A stretch of DNA of 64,000 bases from Bryobacteraceae bacterium (lineage in GTDB: Bacteria; Acidobacteriota; Terriglobia; Bryobacterales; Bryobacteraceae), in NCBI GenBank assembly GCA_025927575.1, contig JAICLJ010000004.1, forward strand, positions 1,785 through 65,784, read 5' to 3'. Positions 39,052 through 48,648 of this stretch are shown piece by piece. The position numbers and the translations under genes are program-made. A model generated the notes under the pieces. That model saw nothing but the letters and a program-made list of their open reading frames with translations, was not told the DNA's origin and ran no database searches. The stretch's first letter is position 1. Each line of letters opens with the position of its first letter.

Positions 39052-40644
39052 ATGGACCGACGACAGTTCGTACTTTCCGGGCTTGCGCTCCTAGCCCCGC
39101 GCACTTCTTTTGCAGCATCCGCGACGATCGAGATCTTTCCGGATGAGCCGATCGGAACGATTTCTCCCGACATCTACGGTCATTTCACCGAGCACTTGGG
39201 CGGCTGCATCTACGACGGTGTCTGGGTCGGAGAGAAATCCAAAATTCCGAATATTGGAGGCATTCGCAAAGAACTCGTCGACAATTTAAAGCGCATCAAG
39301 GCACCGGTTATTAGATGGCCGGGCGGGTGCTTTGCCGACAGCTACAACTGGCGTGATGGGGTTGGACCGCGCGAGCGCCGGCCGAAGCGCACGAACTTCT
39401 GGGCCGATACACCCTATCTCGAAAAGGCGCCAAACGGGCCGCAAAAATACGAACCGAACGAATTCGGCACCAACGAGTTCGCGCACTTCTGTAAGCTTGC
39501 GGGAGCCCAGCCGTATTTCGCTGCCAACCTCCGCAGCCTGAACCCATTCGATTTCTATGAATGGGTTGAATACTGTAACTCGCCCGCGGGGACAACGACC
39601 TTGGCCGATCTGCGCGCGCAGGGCGGCGCCCGAGATCCATTTCCAGTCCGGTTCTGGGGAGTGGGCAACGAAAGTTGGGGCTGTGGTGGCAATTTCACCG
39701 GCGGCGAATACGCGGTGGAATTCCGGCGCTTTTCCGAGTGGGTACCCCGCTACAATGTCGATCTGGCGTTTATCGCATCTGGGCCAAACTCGGGCGATTA
39801 CGCCTGGACTCACGACTTCTTCCATAAGTTAGTGGAAAAGGGAGGGAACATTCTTGAGCGAGTTTACGGGTGCGCTTTGCATTATTACTGCGGCACGACG
39901 GGCAAAGGGATCGCGGACGATTTCACTGTCGACGATTGGTACGAACTTCTCGCAAAGGCCAATCACATCGAAGAACTCGTTCGCAACCACTGGCAGATTA
40001 TGGGCGAAGTCGATAAGAAGCGGCAAGTGAAGTTAGTAGTGGACGAGTGGGGCGCGTGGCACAAAACCGATCCGAGCATCGACCCCAGCTATCTTTTTGC
40101 GTATTTCCCGACGCTGCGCGATGCGCTGGTTTCCGGCATTACGCTCGACATCTTCAACAGAAATGCGGATAAGATCGCCATGGCGAACGCCGCGCAACTG
40201 ATCAACAATATACATACTTCGTTTCTAGCCGTTGGAGAAAAGTTCACCGTCACCCCGATCTTCCATGTCTTCGATATGTACGCAGCCCACCAGGGCGGAA
40301 CCTCGGTTCGCGCCATTGTGTCAGCGCCGCGCCTTGGACAATCGTCGGCTCGCGGATTGTGGGGACTCGGTGGATCGTGCTCGCTGCATGCGAAGCATGC
40401 TGTGCTGACGATTGTCAATCCCGATACGAACAATGCCCAAGAAACGCAGATCACTGTCAATGGATCGCGCATCTCAAACGTGCAAGCAACCGTGCTCACG
40501 TCAAGCGATATCAAGGCACACAACACATTCGAGCAGCCGAATGCGTTGAAGCCATCACAGGCGGCGGTGACGGCAACTGGGTCACCGTTGGTATACAGCT
40601 TCGCTCCGGCTTCGGTTACAAAGCTGGAATTTGACCTGGCGTAA
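39052..40644 (+). CDS. GH51 alpha-L-arabinofuranosidase, Tat-exported
   Basis: MDRRQF Tat motif, GHFTEHLG, RWPGGCFAD, GVGNESWGCGG, VDEWG. Confidence 0.93.
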   Translation: MDRRQFVLSGLALLAPRTSFAASATIEIFPDEPIGTISPDIYGHFTEHLGGCIYDGVWVGEKSKIPNIGGIRKELVDNLKRIKAPVIRWPGGCFADSYNWRDGVGPRERRPKRTNFWADTPYLEKAPNGPQKYEPNEFGTNEFAHFCKLAGAQPYFAANLRSLNPFDFYEWVEYCNSPAGTTTLADLRAQGGARDPFPVRFWGVGNESWGCGGNFTGGEYAVEFRRFSEWVPRYNVDLAFIASGPNSGDYAWTHDFFHKLVEKGGNILERVYGCALHYYCGTTGKGIADDFTVDDWYELLAKANHIEELVRNHWQIMGEVDKKRQVKLVVDEWGAWHKTDPSIDPSYLFAYFPTLRDALVSGITLDIFNRNADKIAMANAAQLINNIHTSFLAVGEKFTVTPIFHVFDMYAAHQGGTSVRAIVSAPRLGQSSARGLWGLGGSCSLHAKHAVLTIVNPDTNNAQETQITVNGSRISNVQATVLTSSDIKAHNTFEQPNALKPSQAAVTATGSPLVYSFAPASVTKLEFDLA

Positions 40645-40669
40645 AGTCCTTTGGGGCGGGCCGCCATCG

Positions 40670-42385
40670 CTACCAGATCATTTCTACGAGCGAGACGCCC
40701 TGGCGCGGCAGCGCAAATGAGACTTTCACCTCACCTTTTTCGGCGGAAAGCCAGCGGGGCGATTTGAACAATTGGAGCTGTCCGGCACGTTCCAGTTTCG
40801 CATACTGTTCGGAGGTAGGCGATTGAGGTGAGCCCATTTTCTTCCACGCCGTATATGCGTTGCTGTGGTTCCGATCGATGCGGTAGTGGCGAAGCAGCAC
40901 ACGGCGTGCCGTTTCCGGAATACCCCGGATTGCAAGTTGAATGGCAGCCGCCGGCGCCGCCACATCGTCATCGTGGTAGTTCCAGACCAACACGTCCACC
41001 TTGTGTTCCGACGCCGTCGCAAGTCCATCGATATCGGGATTTGCCCGCACGCCTCTACGCATCAGATTGTCAAGATCGATTGCGCCGCCGCTATCGAGAC
41101 GCACGCGGTCGCCTCGCATCAGGCCGTCCATTCGAAATAAGTTCAGAACCGGCTTATCCACGCCATTCGTGGCGAGAGTGCGGAACCCGTCGAAATAAGG
41201 CTGGTTTTCAAATTCGAACGCCCAAGTCAACATGCCGGCGATATCGGTGTGGCTTCGTGCGGCCAAATCGAGAATATTTTTCAAGGCAACAGCGGTATAA
41301 GCTGCGTACAGCGGGCCGTTACGATACGCGTTTTGCGGATGTTCCCGTGCCGAGCAGGCTGCACAGCCTTCGGGATCGGATTCGCTTAAGATTACCGGGA
41401 TACCGCGGAACTTCGAAAACCGCGAAATGATCTCAGTTCCCCTTGCGACGTCCTGCAAATTCTTCGCGATCCCCATTCGAACGTGGCCCTGGACCACCTC
41501 CGGATGTCCCTTCGCGTGGAACGTAATGAAATCGAGGGGAGCGCCAGTCTGGCCGTTCACATAGTTTGTACCGTGAGCGCAGTGCTCCAGAAATTGGCGA
41601 AGATACTCGGCTGCCTTTGCGCCGGCCGGCCCCGTCGTCGCGGGTCCGCCCACTTTCGCTTGCGGAAAGGCGCGCTTAACAGCGTCGGCGGTGTAGTCGT
41701 AAAGCTCGTCATATTGTTGGGGAGTCCCGTGCCAGTAATCGCCATCCGGCTCGTTCCAGACTTCCCAATGCCAAGATGCCACCTGTTCGGCGCCATATTT
41801 GGATACGCAATGCCGCGCCCATTGATAAACCAGCTCCCCCCACTTCCGATAATCCGTTGGCGGATAGGACCAGCCTGTATAGAGGTCCCCTTTTGGCCAA
41901 TTGTGTTGGTACGGCTTGGGATGTGTGGAGAGAGCCTCCGGCATGAAGCCGATCTCGACAAACGGTTTCGCTCCTGCCTGTCGGTACGTGTTGAAGATCC
42001 GATCGACGATACTCCAGTTGTAAACGGGCTTACCGGACGCATCCACCGTGTAGGCATTCGTCGATCCCCATTTAAGGGCAGGAACGCCGTTCCCGGTGGT
42101 GAGCAAATTATGCGCGCGAATCTGAACGGGAGCGTAGCTGAGCTCAGCCAGTTCCTTAACAAGCTTGCGACCGTTTTTCATATAGGAGAAATTCGGTTCG
42201 TCGTAGCCGAAATACGCCCAGACCGGCTGGTATGCGCCCAATTTCGCCTGGAGATCGACTGTGATTGTGACGGGCTGCTGTGCGCTCAATGAAAGAGGAA
42301 ACAAGCAGATAAGCGCGCCAATTACGCGAATATCGAGGAGGATACGCTTCCGATTCCGCTCCGCCTGTTGGTTCCGGACGTTCAT
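40670..42385 (-). CDS. GH39 beta-xylosidase
   Basis: Signal peptide, EVWNEPD, ITFHAKG, SESDP; ATG overlaps sodC stop. Confidence 0.88.
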   Translation of the reverse strand: MNVRNQQAERNRKRILLDIRVIGALICLFPLSLSAQQPVTITVDLQAKLGAYQPVWAYFGYDEPNFSYMKNGRKLVKELAELSYAPVQIRAHNLLTTGNGVPALKWGSTNAYTVDASGKPVYNWSIVDRIFNTYRQAGAKPFVEIGFMPEALSTHPKPYQHNWPKGDLYTGWSYPPTDYRKWGELVYQWARHCVSKYGAEQVASWHWEVWNEPDGDYWHGTPQQYDELYDYTADAVKRAFPQAKVGGPATTGPAGAKAAEYLRQFLEHCAHGTNYVNGQTGAPLDFITFHAKGHPEVVQGHVRMGIAKNLQDVARGTEIISRFSKFRGIPVILSESDPEGCAACSAREHPQNAYRNGPLYAAYTAVALKNILDLAARSHTDIAGMLTWAFEFENQPYFDGFRTLATNGVDKPVLNLFRMDGLMRGDRVRLDSGGAIDLDNLMRRGVRANPDIDGLATASEHKVDVLVWNYHDDDVAAPAAAIQLAIRGIPETARRVLLRHYRIDRNHSNAYTAWKKMGSPQSPTSEQYAKLERAGQLQLFKSPRWLSAEKGEVKVSFALPRQGVSLVEMIW

Positions 42386-42906
42386 TCCGCCGTAACGACC
42401 CCGCATGCAATTCGCGCTCCCGAATTGCCAGCCGGGTCCGTCATCATATCGTCTCCGTGGGCGTGGATGACCAGCGATCTTCCTCCATTGCTAAGAAGCG
42501 CATTGTCTCCGTGATTTAACGTCACGCCAGGCGCGACGACTTCCACTTGCGCAGTTCCATCCGACCCTACTACAAAATTTTCCATGTCGCCGGCATGCGG
42601 ACCTGCCGGATTGTGCAGCCCGTGCTGTTTCTTTTCAGGGTTGAAATGCGGACCCGCCGACGCAAAATCGGGGGGATCGCATTTCGCGTTTTGGTGGAAA
42701 TGAAGGGCATGCTCACCCGGTGGCAGACCGTGGAGGTCCAAGGTTACGCGAACGCCTCCCGTGTCGTCCGCAGTCTTCGGAGCTAGTGTTGCGGAACCTA
42801 CGCTTTGTCCCTGCGCATTTTTAAATTCGACTCGCGCAGTACTGGCGGCGAAGCTGACCGAGGTGAAAACAGAAGCACAAACTAAAAGTCGTAGCCGGTT
42901 AGTCAT
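42382..42906 (-). CDS. sodC: Periplasmic Cu/Zn superoxide dismutase
   Basis: Signal peptide, HALHFH, SAGPHFNP, HAGD, LVIHA, GARIACG. Confidence 0.95.
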   Translation of the reverse strand: MTNRLRLLVCASVFTSVSFAASTARVEFKNAQGQSVGSATLAPKTADDTGGVRVTLDLHGLPPGEHALHFHQNAKCDPPDFASAGPHFNPEKKQHGLHNPAGPHAGDMENFVVGSDGTAQVEVVAPGVTLNHGDNALLSNGGRSLVIHAHGDDMMTDPAGNSGARIACGVVTAE

Positions 42907-42954
42907 CCCTCTATAGTAAGTTCTTCTTGTCGAAATGGAGCCTGTGCTTATTGC

Positions 42955-43227
42955 GTGCTATTCTCTCTGTTCAATTGGCGGGAAGAGAGGCAGTTAACAT
43001 ATATCAAGTCTGAGGAAAGCTGGAATCCGCAACAGCCAGGGCGTGGACGTGAATTAGAATCAAATCTGATCAGCGATCTAATACAGCTCAAGCGCGTCGC
43101 TTTCAAGGATTCGGCCCAGTTATTTTCTGCCCGCCGCTTGCACCGTCGTCGTCGGGTCCGCGCCTTCCCACTTCTCATCGGCACTCGGGCCGTACACTGC
43201 TGGAACCGGACGGTCCATCAATCGCAG
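42955..43227. repeat. Left copy of a diverged direct repeat: decayed 3' end of a gene related to 47162..47944, spacer, and 3' end of the DinB-family gene
   Basis: 43120-43227 (-) encodes LRLMDRPVPAVYGPSADEKWEGADPTTTVQAAGRK, 33/35 aa identical to 48017-48124; spacer and ..GVDVN* align with 47938-47995 and ..NIDAN*. Confidence 0.9.
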
Positions 43228-43402
43228 GAAAGGCAATGCTGTTGCGCAAAGTAGAAGGCAAGTAGCGAAGACAGCAGGCGTGTCTTTCGCCATCACCACA
43301 ACGCCGGCGTGAATGAGTGCTCGATCTCCTGAACTCATGCAGCTATTTCTTTCTCACCTTCCGCACCTACAGCTCTGCAAATAGTCGCGCCACAAATAAT
43401 CC

Positions 43403-43430
43403 TTGCATTTGACCGGAGTTCAAGTACAAT
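43403..43430 (+). promoter_or_regulatory. Putative sigma70 promoter of the cassette
   Basis: TTGCAT-N16-TACAAT in an AT-rich stretch upstream of the AAAGGAGG-GTG start at 43637. Confidence 0.4.
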
Positions 43431-43636
43431 CAAAACGCCGTAAATACGAAGGATATGCAAGAAACGTCACCAATTAACGACTCATAACGCCGAAGGTAAT
43501 CGAACTAATATTTGTTATACGTATTTCGTTTTTTTGTTAGAGCGGTTATTTTAGTCATTTTGTGCCGTCCGGCATAACCCGCGACGTCGCTTTCAGAACG
43601 AAATTGTTCGTACGTGATGCGGTAAAAGGAGGCCTT

Positions 43637-46209
43637 GTGTATAACCGTACGGTCCGGATCTTGGCTCTTCTATCTCTGGGGTTAGCCGAAGGACTTTGCC
43701 AAACGTTTACTGATGGTCCTTCGGTAGTGGCAAACGCCGATGGACGTCTTGAGATATTCGCTCGCGGCGCGGATGCAGCTGTTTGGCACAATTGGCAACT
43801 CTCGTCGGGCGGAGCATGGGCAGGCTGGAATTCGCTCGGAGGAGTTATTGTAGGCGCTCCTGCGGCGGCGATAAATGCGGATGGCCGTTTAGAGGTATTT
43901 GTGCTGGGTGGCGGAAATACGATTTGGCATGGCTTCCAAACGTCGCCCGGCAATGGATGGTCGGGCTGGATGTCGCTCGGAGGCAGTATTGCTTCGCCTC
44001 TACAGTCGCTACGAACGCCGATGGGCGTTTAGAGTTGCTTGCTGTCGGTACCGACGCGCAAGGATGGTACACATCGCAACTCATGCCAGGTGGCGGATGG
44101 GACTTGTGGCGCCCGTTGGGAGGGTATATCTACGGATCGCCGACGGCGATTCAAAATACCGATGGGAGGCTGGAGATCTTTGCACTTGGCGGCGGCGATA
44201 CCGTCTACGAAAACCGGCAGATCGCACCGGGGCGTGAGTGGTACGGCTGGATTCCGATGGGAGGGAGCATAGTCTCGACTCCAACTGCCGCAGTGAACAA
44301 CGACGGACGTCTTGAAATATTCGCGGAGGGGACGGATGGCGGGGCTTGGCACGCTTGGCAACAAACGCCCGGCAGCGGTTGGACCGGATGGAGTTCGATG
44401 GGCGGCGGGATTTTCGGGTCTCCGTCAGCCGATCTGAATGGCGCCACAGGTCTCGAAATTTTCGCGCTAGGCGGCGGATATGCCCCCTACTACAACGCTC
44501 AGGCAACTGCCGGTGGCGCGTGGTCAGGCTGGATTTCGCTAGGCGGAGCAATCACTGGCGCTCCCTCAGTCGGCATGAATTTCGACGGCCGCCTGGAGAT
44601 ATTTGGCCTGGGCGGCGTCATTTATCACAATTGGCAATTGTCACCGGGAGGTGCATGGTCCGGCTGGACGCCCTTGACACAAGCGAGTAATACGGGCGAT
44701 GCGAACGGTGCCGATCTTCCGTATTTCCTGACCGAAACTCAAAACGATTCCAACTTTGCGGCTGCGGGCGCGGCTTGCCATCAGCCTCCCTGGTTGACTG
44801 TCGCCAGTGCTTGGCCCTGCGGGGCGAGGGTGAACATCGCAATTGTAGGATACAACAAGAAATCGCAGAAAGCCTTTAAAAAGGCAGTCGACAATTGGAA
44901 TCAGGGACTCTTCTCGTATTATTCTACAAAGTACGCTCAAGTTCCAGTTCAGCTATACATAAGCGGCGGCGGCCCCCAGTCCGTGCGAGTATATCGCGTC
45001 GGAGATAATTCGATTCCCGGAAGCCGACCTCTGACTTACGGCCGCGCCCGAAACGCTAACCAACAGGCAGACATCAACGCTCGTCTGCTCAGCCTCGATA
45101 TTCAGATCATCCAGGGAATGACATATCCGCAGACGCTAACAAATACCTTTGCTCACGAGCTCGGGCACACTTTTGGCTTGTTTGATTGCGATCAATGCGG
45201 ACCAACGGTCATGGATAGTTATGAACCAGCTCCAAACGGGCATGGATGGGATTATGTCGGGAAAAACTTTACGGAGGGACTGCCGGGGCCTACAGTGTGC
45301 GATCTACAAGTAGTCGATACACATCTTACGGACTACGCATATTGCGGCATGGTGGAAAGCGCGCCGCCGGCGGACGTGCCCACCTGCACGAATGGTGCGG
45401 CGGTTGGCTTCATCGACAACGGCCAGAGTAGCCATTATTCGTGCGGAGGAGTCGCATGCGACGGGTGTAATTCCTCCTGTAGCAACTTCGCCCCACAAAA
45501 CTGTAGTGGAGGAGGGGGAGGTGGTGGTGGCAGCAGTTGTGTTAATCAGTGTGGCGCCGCTTGTCTGGACGGCGCGACATGTCCCTTTGGCGGCGGTACT
45601 CCGACGTGCCAGTTTGAAGATGAAGGGTGGATACCCTGCTGTGCCTACGGAAGCCCGATTGTAATCGACGCCTTCGGCGAAGGCTTCCATCTGACGGGTT
45701 TGACGAAAGGTGTCAACTTTCGCGTTCTCCCCGATGAAGATCCCTATCGGATGAGCTGGACGGATAAACAATGGCACAACGGCTGGCTCGCGCTCGATCG
45801 CAATGGAAGTGGCAAAATTGATGACTTCACCGAGTTGTTCGGTAATTTTACGGCGCAGCCGCCCGGCAACGATCCAAATGGATACGCGGCCCTGGCGATA
45901 TTTGACGATTTAATGAACGGCGGCAACGGCGATGGCGCTATCGATCCGCAGGATTCCGTCTATGATCACCTGTGGCTTTGGATCGACGCGAATCACAATG
46001 GTGTTAGCGAGCCCGAAGAACTGCACAACTTACGCGAGACGGGAATTTTCCGAATCGATCTTAGATATCAGCTCTCGTCGTACACTGACGCATATGGAAA
46101 CCGCTTCCGGTATAAATCCCGGCTGTGGGGCGAGGCTGGTCGAGCCCATCACGTTTGCTATGACGTATTTCTTACCGTAGAGGCGCACCAAAGCTCGGGG
46201 AATCGATGA
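43637..46209 (+). CDS. Secreted multidomain protein: 7-blade PLL-type lectin propeller + metzincin + Cys-rich region + FrpC-like self-processing module; interrupted by a 1-nt frameshift near 44000
   Basis: RBS+GTG+signal peptide; seven N.DGRLE.F..G....W..W..LGG repeats split across two frames; HELGHTFGLFD..VM; about 14 Cys; SPIVID..LALDRNG.G.ID..ELFG..GYAALA..LWID.NHNG.S..EL. Confidence 0.8.
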
Positions 46210-47165
46210 ATATGATTAAACGTGCGGATCTGCTTATTGCTTTAACCTTAGGGCTTTGCCCGATCGCCGCGGCACAGAATTGCCCGGCACTGTCGGTGGG
46301 AAAGAAATCGGCGCTCGTTGAGTATGTCCGGAAGGAATATAAACTCGACTCAGGCGCCGGTCTGAAGATAGTACAAGACGAACCGGTCAAAGGCAGTTGT
46401 TATCATGATCTGATTTTCGAAGGTAAAAGCTCAGTTAAGACATGGCAGATCACAATGTACTTGTCGCCGGATGGCCGGTTTCTCACAGGTGAGCTATTTG
46501 ATACCACCATTGATCCCGCTCAAGAACAGCGGCGCAAGGCCGAAGCGCTCATGGCGGGACTTGTGCAAAACAAGGGCGCCAGCAAAGGCCCCGACCTGGC
46601 CCCCGTTACCATTGTGGAGTTCTCAGATTTTGAGTGCCCATTTTGTAAGAAATTGGCGGATCTGATGAAGCAAGTGCTTCCGGCTGAAAAAGATCGGGTT
46701 CGGATCGTATTTCACCACATGCCGCTCTCAATTCACCCCTGGGCTCGGACGGCGGCGGAAGGCGCGGCATGCGCCCAGTTACAAAGCGGCGACGCATTTT
46801 GGGCAATGCATGACAAACTTTTCGACAACCAGAGTGAGATCACGCCAAATAACATCAAACAAAAGCTCAATGAGTTCGCGCGATCCATTCAGAAAATCAA
46901 CTTTCCGCAGTTTCAAGGCTGCATGGGCACCGGAATGTCCCTCGGCTTGGTCTTTCGAGACCTAAATCTTGCTGCAGAAAACAACATTGACGCGACTCCC
47001 ACGCTCTTCATCAATGGTTACCGCATTGCCGGAATCAAGGATGGCAATCAGTTGCGGCAACTGATCGCTGAGGCCGGAAAGGAGGCAAAGGAAATTGGCA
47101 TGTCTTCCAATGCTTTATCACACTCCGGCGGACGGGATGCTGAGGAGCGAGAGGTTAGGCAATGA
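46206..47165 (+). CDS. DsbA/DsbG-family thiol-disulfide oxidoreductase
   Basis: Signal peptide, DsbC/G-like N-terminal YLSPDGRFL, VEFSDFECPFC, HMPL.IHPWA, cis-Pro ATPTLFING; ATGA overlap. Confidence 0.92.
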   Translation: MNMIKRADLLIALTLGLCPIAAAQNCPALSVGKKSALVEYVRKEYKLDSGAGLKIVQDEPVKGSCYHDLIFEGKSSVKTWQITMYLSPDGRFLTGELFDTTIDPAQEQRRKAEALMAGLVQNKGASKGPDLAPVTIVEFSDFECPFCKKLADLMKQVLPAEKDRVRIVFHHMPLSIHPWARTAAEGAACAQLQSGDAFWAMHDKLFDNQSEITPNNIKQKLNEFARSIQKINFPQFQGCMGTGMSLGLVFRDLNLAAENNIDATPTLFINGYRIAGIKDGNQLRQLIAEAGKEAKEIGMSSNALSHSGGRDAEEREVRQ

Positions 47166-47944
47166 GGGTTCACAGAACGAGACATATTGGCTGGGCGCTC
47201 ATAGTGGCTTCGGCTCTTGTCTCAGCAGCGACGCTAATTCAGACCAGCCCGGAGCATGCCCGTCAGATACATACCAATAAGGTTCGACAATTGCTTCCTC
47301 CGCATTCCGCATTGCCGCCGTTGCTCGATCTCTCCCAATCAGGTGAAAATCTCGAAGGAGCGAGCCGGAAATGGGAGGATCGATTTACCGGAATGATGGG
47401 TGTCCGGGAAATCACCGACCCCGGAATCCTAGAGCCTGCCGGACCAGGGTCCATCTCTACCACGACGACGGAATATGGCACTCCGTTGTGGGCTTTGCCC
47501 GCGCGCGCTTGCGACGCGGTAATTATCGCTATGCCCGTCGTAAGCAAGGCACATCTGGCTTACAATCGCCGCTATGTCTACTCGACTTTCTCATTGGAAA
47601 TTTCGCAGGTCTTGAAAGGGAAGAGCGCGCAAGGCATTCGAAAAGGCGAACGGGTCACTGCTGCACAGTTCGGTGCCACTCTTCGCTTCCCATCCGGCCA
47701 CATTGAAACGTTTATAATGGCCCGGGAAGGTTTTCTAGAGGTAGGAAAGCAATACCTCCTGTTTGTTTGGAAGCCAATTCGATCGGATCGCATCTATGTG
47801 GCGGCGGATGCGTACCTTATTGAAGAAGGCTTGGTTTTTCCGGTAAACTTGGATGCGCATGAGTCTCCATACGAGCGCATGCCGTTTACGAAGTTCGAGG
47901 CCAAAGTGAAGGCTGCCATTGCAAAGAATATCGATGCGAATTAG
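47162..47944 (+). CDS. Secreted hypothetical protein with a TIMP/NTR-like OB-fold pattern
   Basis: Signal peptide; CDAVIIA..STFSLEISQVLKG..LEVGKQYLLFV; ATGA overlap with dsbA. Fold call is an inference. Confidence 0.55.
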   Translation: MRVHRTRHIGWALIVASALVSAATLIQTSPEHARQIHTNKVRQLLPPHSALPPLLDLSQSGENLEGASRKWEDRFTGMMGVREITDPGILEPAGPGSISTTTTEYGTPLWALPARACDAVIIAMPVVSKAHLAYNRRYVYSTFSLEISQVLKGKSAQGIRKGERVTAAQFGATLRFPSGHIETFIMAREGFLEVGKQYLLFVWKPIRSDRIYVAADAYLIEEGLVFPVNLDAHESPYERMPFTKFEAKVKAAIAKNIDAN

Positions 47945-48124
47945 TCATCGAGTCTGCTCAGCGATCTAATCAATCGCTCAAAGCGTGTCATTTCAGTAAA
48001 GACGAAATGACCCAGGCTATTTCCTTCCCGCGGCCGCTACCGTATTCGTTGGATCCGCGCCTTCCCACTTCTCGTCGGCGCTCGGACCGTACACTGCTGG
48101 CACCGGGCGATCCATTAAGCGCAG
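47830..48124. repeat. Right copy of the diverged direct repeat
   Basis: Aligns with 42955-43227 (see left copy). Confidence 0.85.
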
Positions 48125-48580
48125 ATACACCGTCAATTGCGTCCGGTGATGCGTCGTGTGCAGAACGCGCCTCCAGAAAACCCAGATGCGTTCGCGCTTC
48201 ACGTCGAAGAAGGGAACGACCACATGCCACCATTCGCTCGACTGTTTCGCAAGAAATTCCAGCCGCTGCGCCGCCAGTTCGACGAATCTGTGGCAATACG
48301 CATCAACGGTTGCCTGACCGGGCAGAACGTCGGCCGGCGCAGGCTCGGGCGTGGAAATAAACTCGCCAAAGAAGCGCCGTTCGGAGAGTAACTGGTGCTT
48401 CAAAATCTCAACGACTGTCGATGAACGGGCGTGTGGTGTATAGTCGAGATCGGCATCCTTAAAACCGCGCCATACTGTCACGACCTTGTTTGTTTCGCTG
48501 GCGTAGGTATCGAGTAGATACTGAAAATTGGAGTCTGCCGCCTGTGGCGCAGCTTCGAGTTCTTTATGGCTGTAATGCAT
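48017..48580 (-). CDS. DinB/YfiT-family protein (putative thiol S-transferase fold)
   Basis: His triad pattern H(QLLSE)..HTTHHRTQLTVYLR..PAVYGP. Confidence 0.88.
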   Translation of the reverse strand: MHYSHKELEAAPQAADSNFQYLLDTYASETNKVVTVWRGFKDADLDYTPHARSSTVVEILKHQLLSERRFFGEFISTPEPAPADVLPGQATVDAYCHRFVELAAQRLEFLAKQSSEWWHVVVPFFDVKRERIWVFWRRVLHTTHHRTQLTVYLRLMDRPVPAVYGPSADEKWEGADPTNTVAAAGRK

Positions 48581-48600
48581 AACGTGTACTTTTAAACGAG

Positions 48601-48631
48601 AAAGGCGCCCTCAAAAAGAGAGCGCCGGTTT
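48601..48631 (-). terminator. Probable terminator after sodA
   Basis: GGCGC(C)CTC-AAAAA-GAGAGCGCC imperfect hairpin followed by Ts on the minus strand. Confidence 0.5.
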
Positions 48632-48648
48632 CGGTTCACACCGGAGAA

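Noticed and set aside
43120-43338. 72-aa ORF as a real gene
   Set aside because: Only the last 35 codons are DinB-like; the upstream part is unrelated, so treated as a displaced 3' fragment
43985-44010. Programmed ribosomal frameshift or phase variation
   Set aside because: No slippery heptamer, homopolymer or short tandem repeat at the junction
43730-44680. Regular ~140-bp periodicity that could suggest a CRISPR or DNA repeat array
   Set aside because: Repeats are conserved at protein level (propeller blades) with degenerate DNA; no identical repeats with spacers and no cas genes
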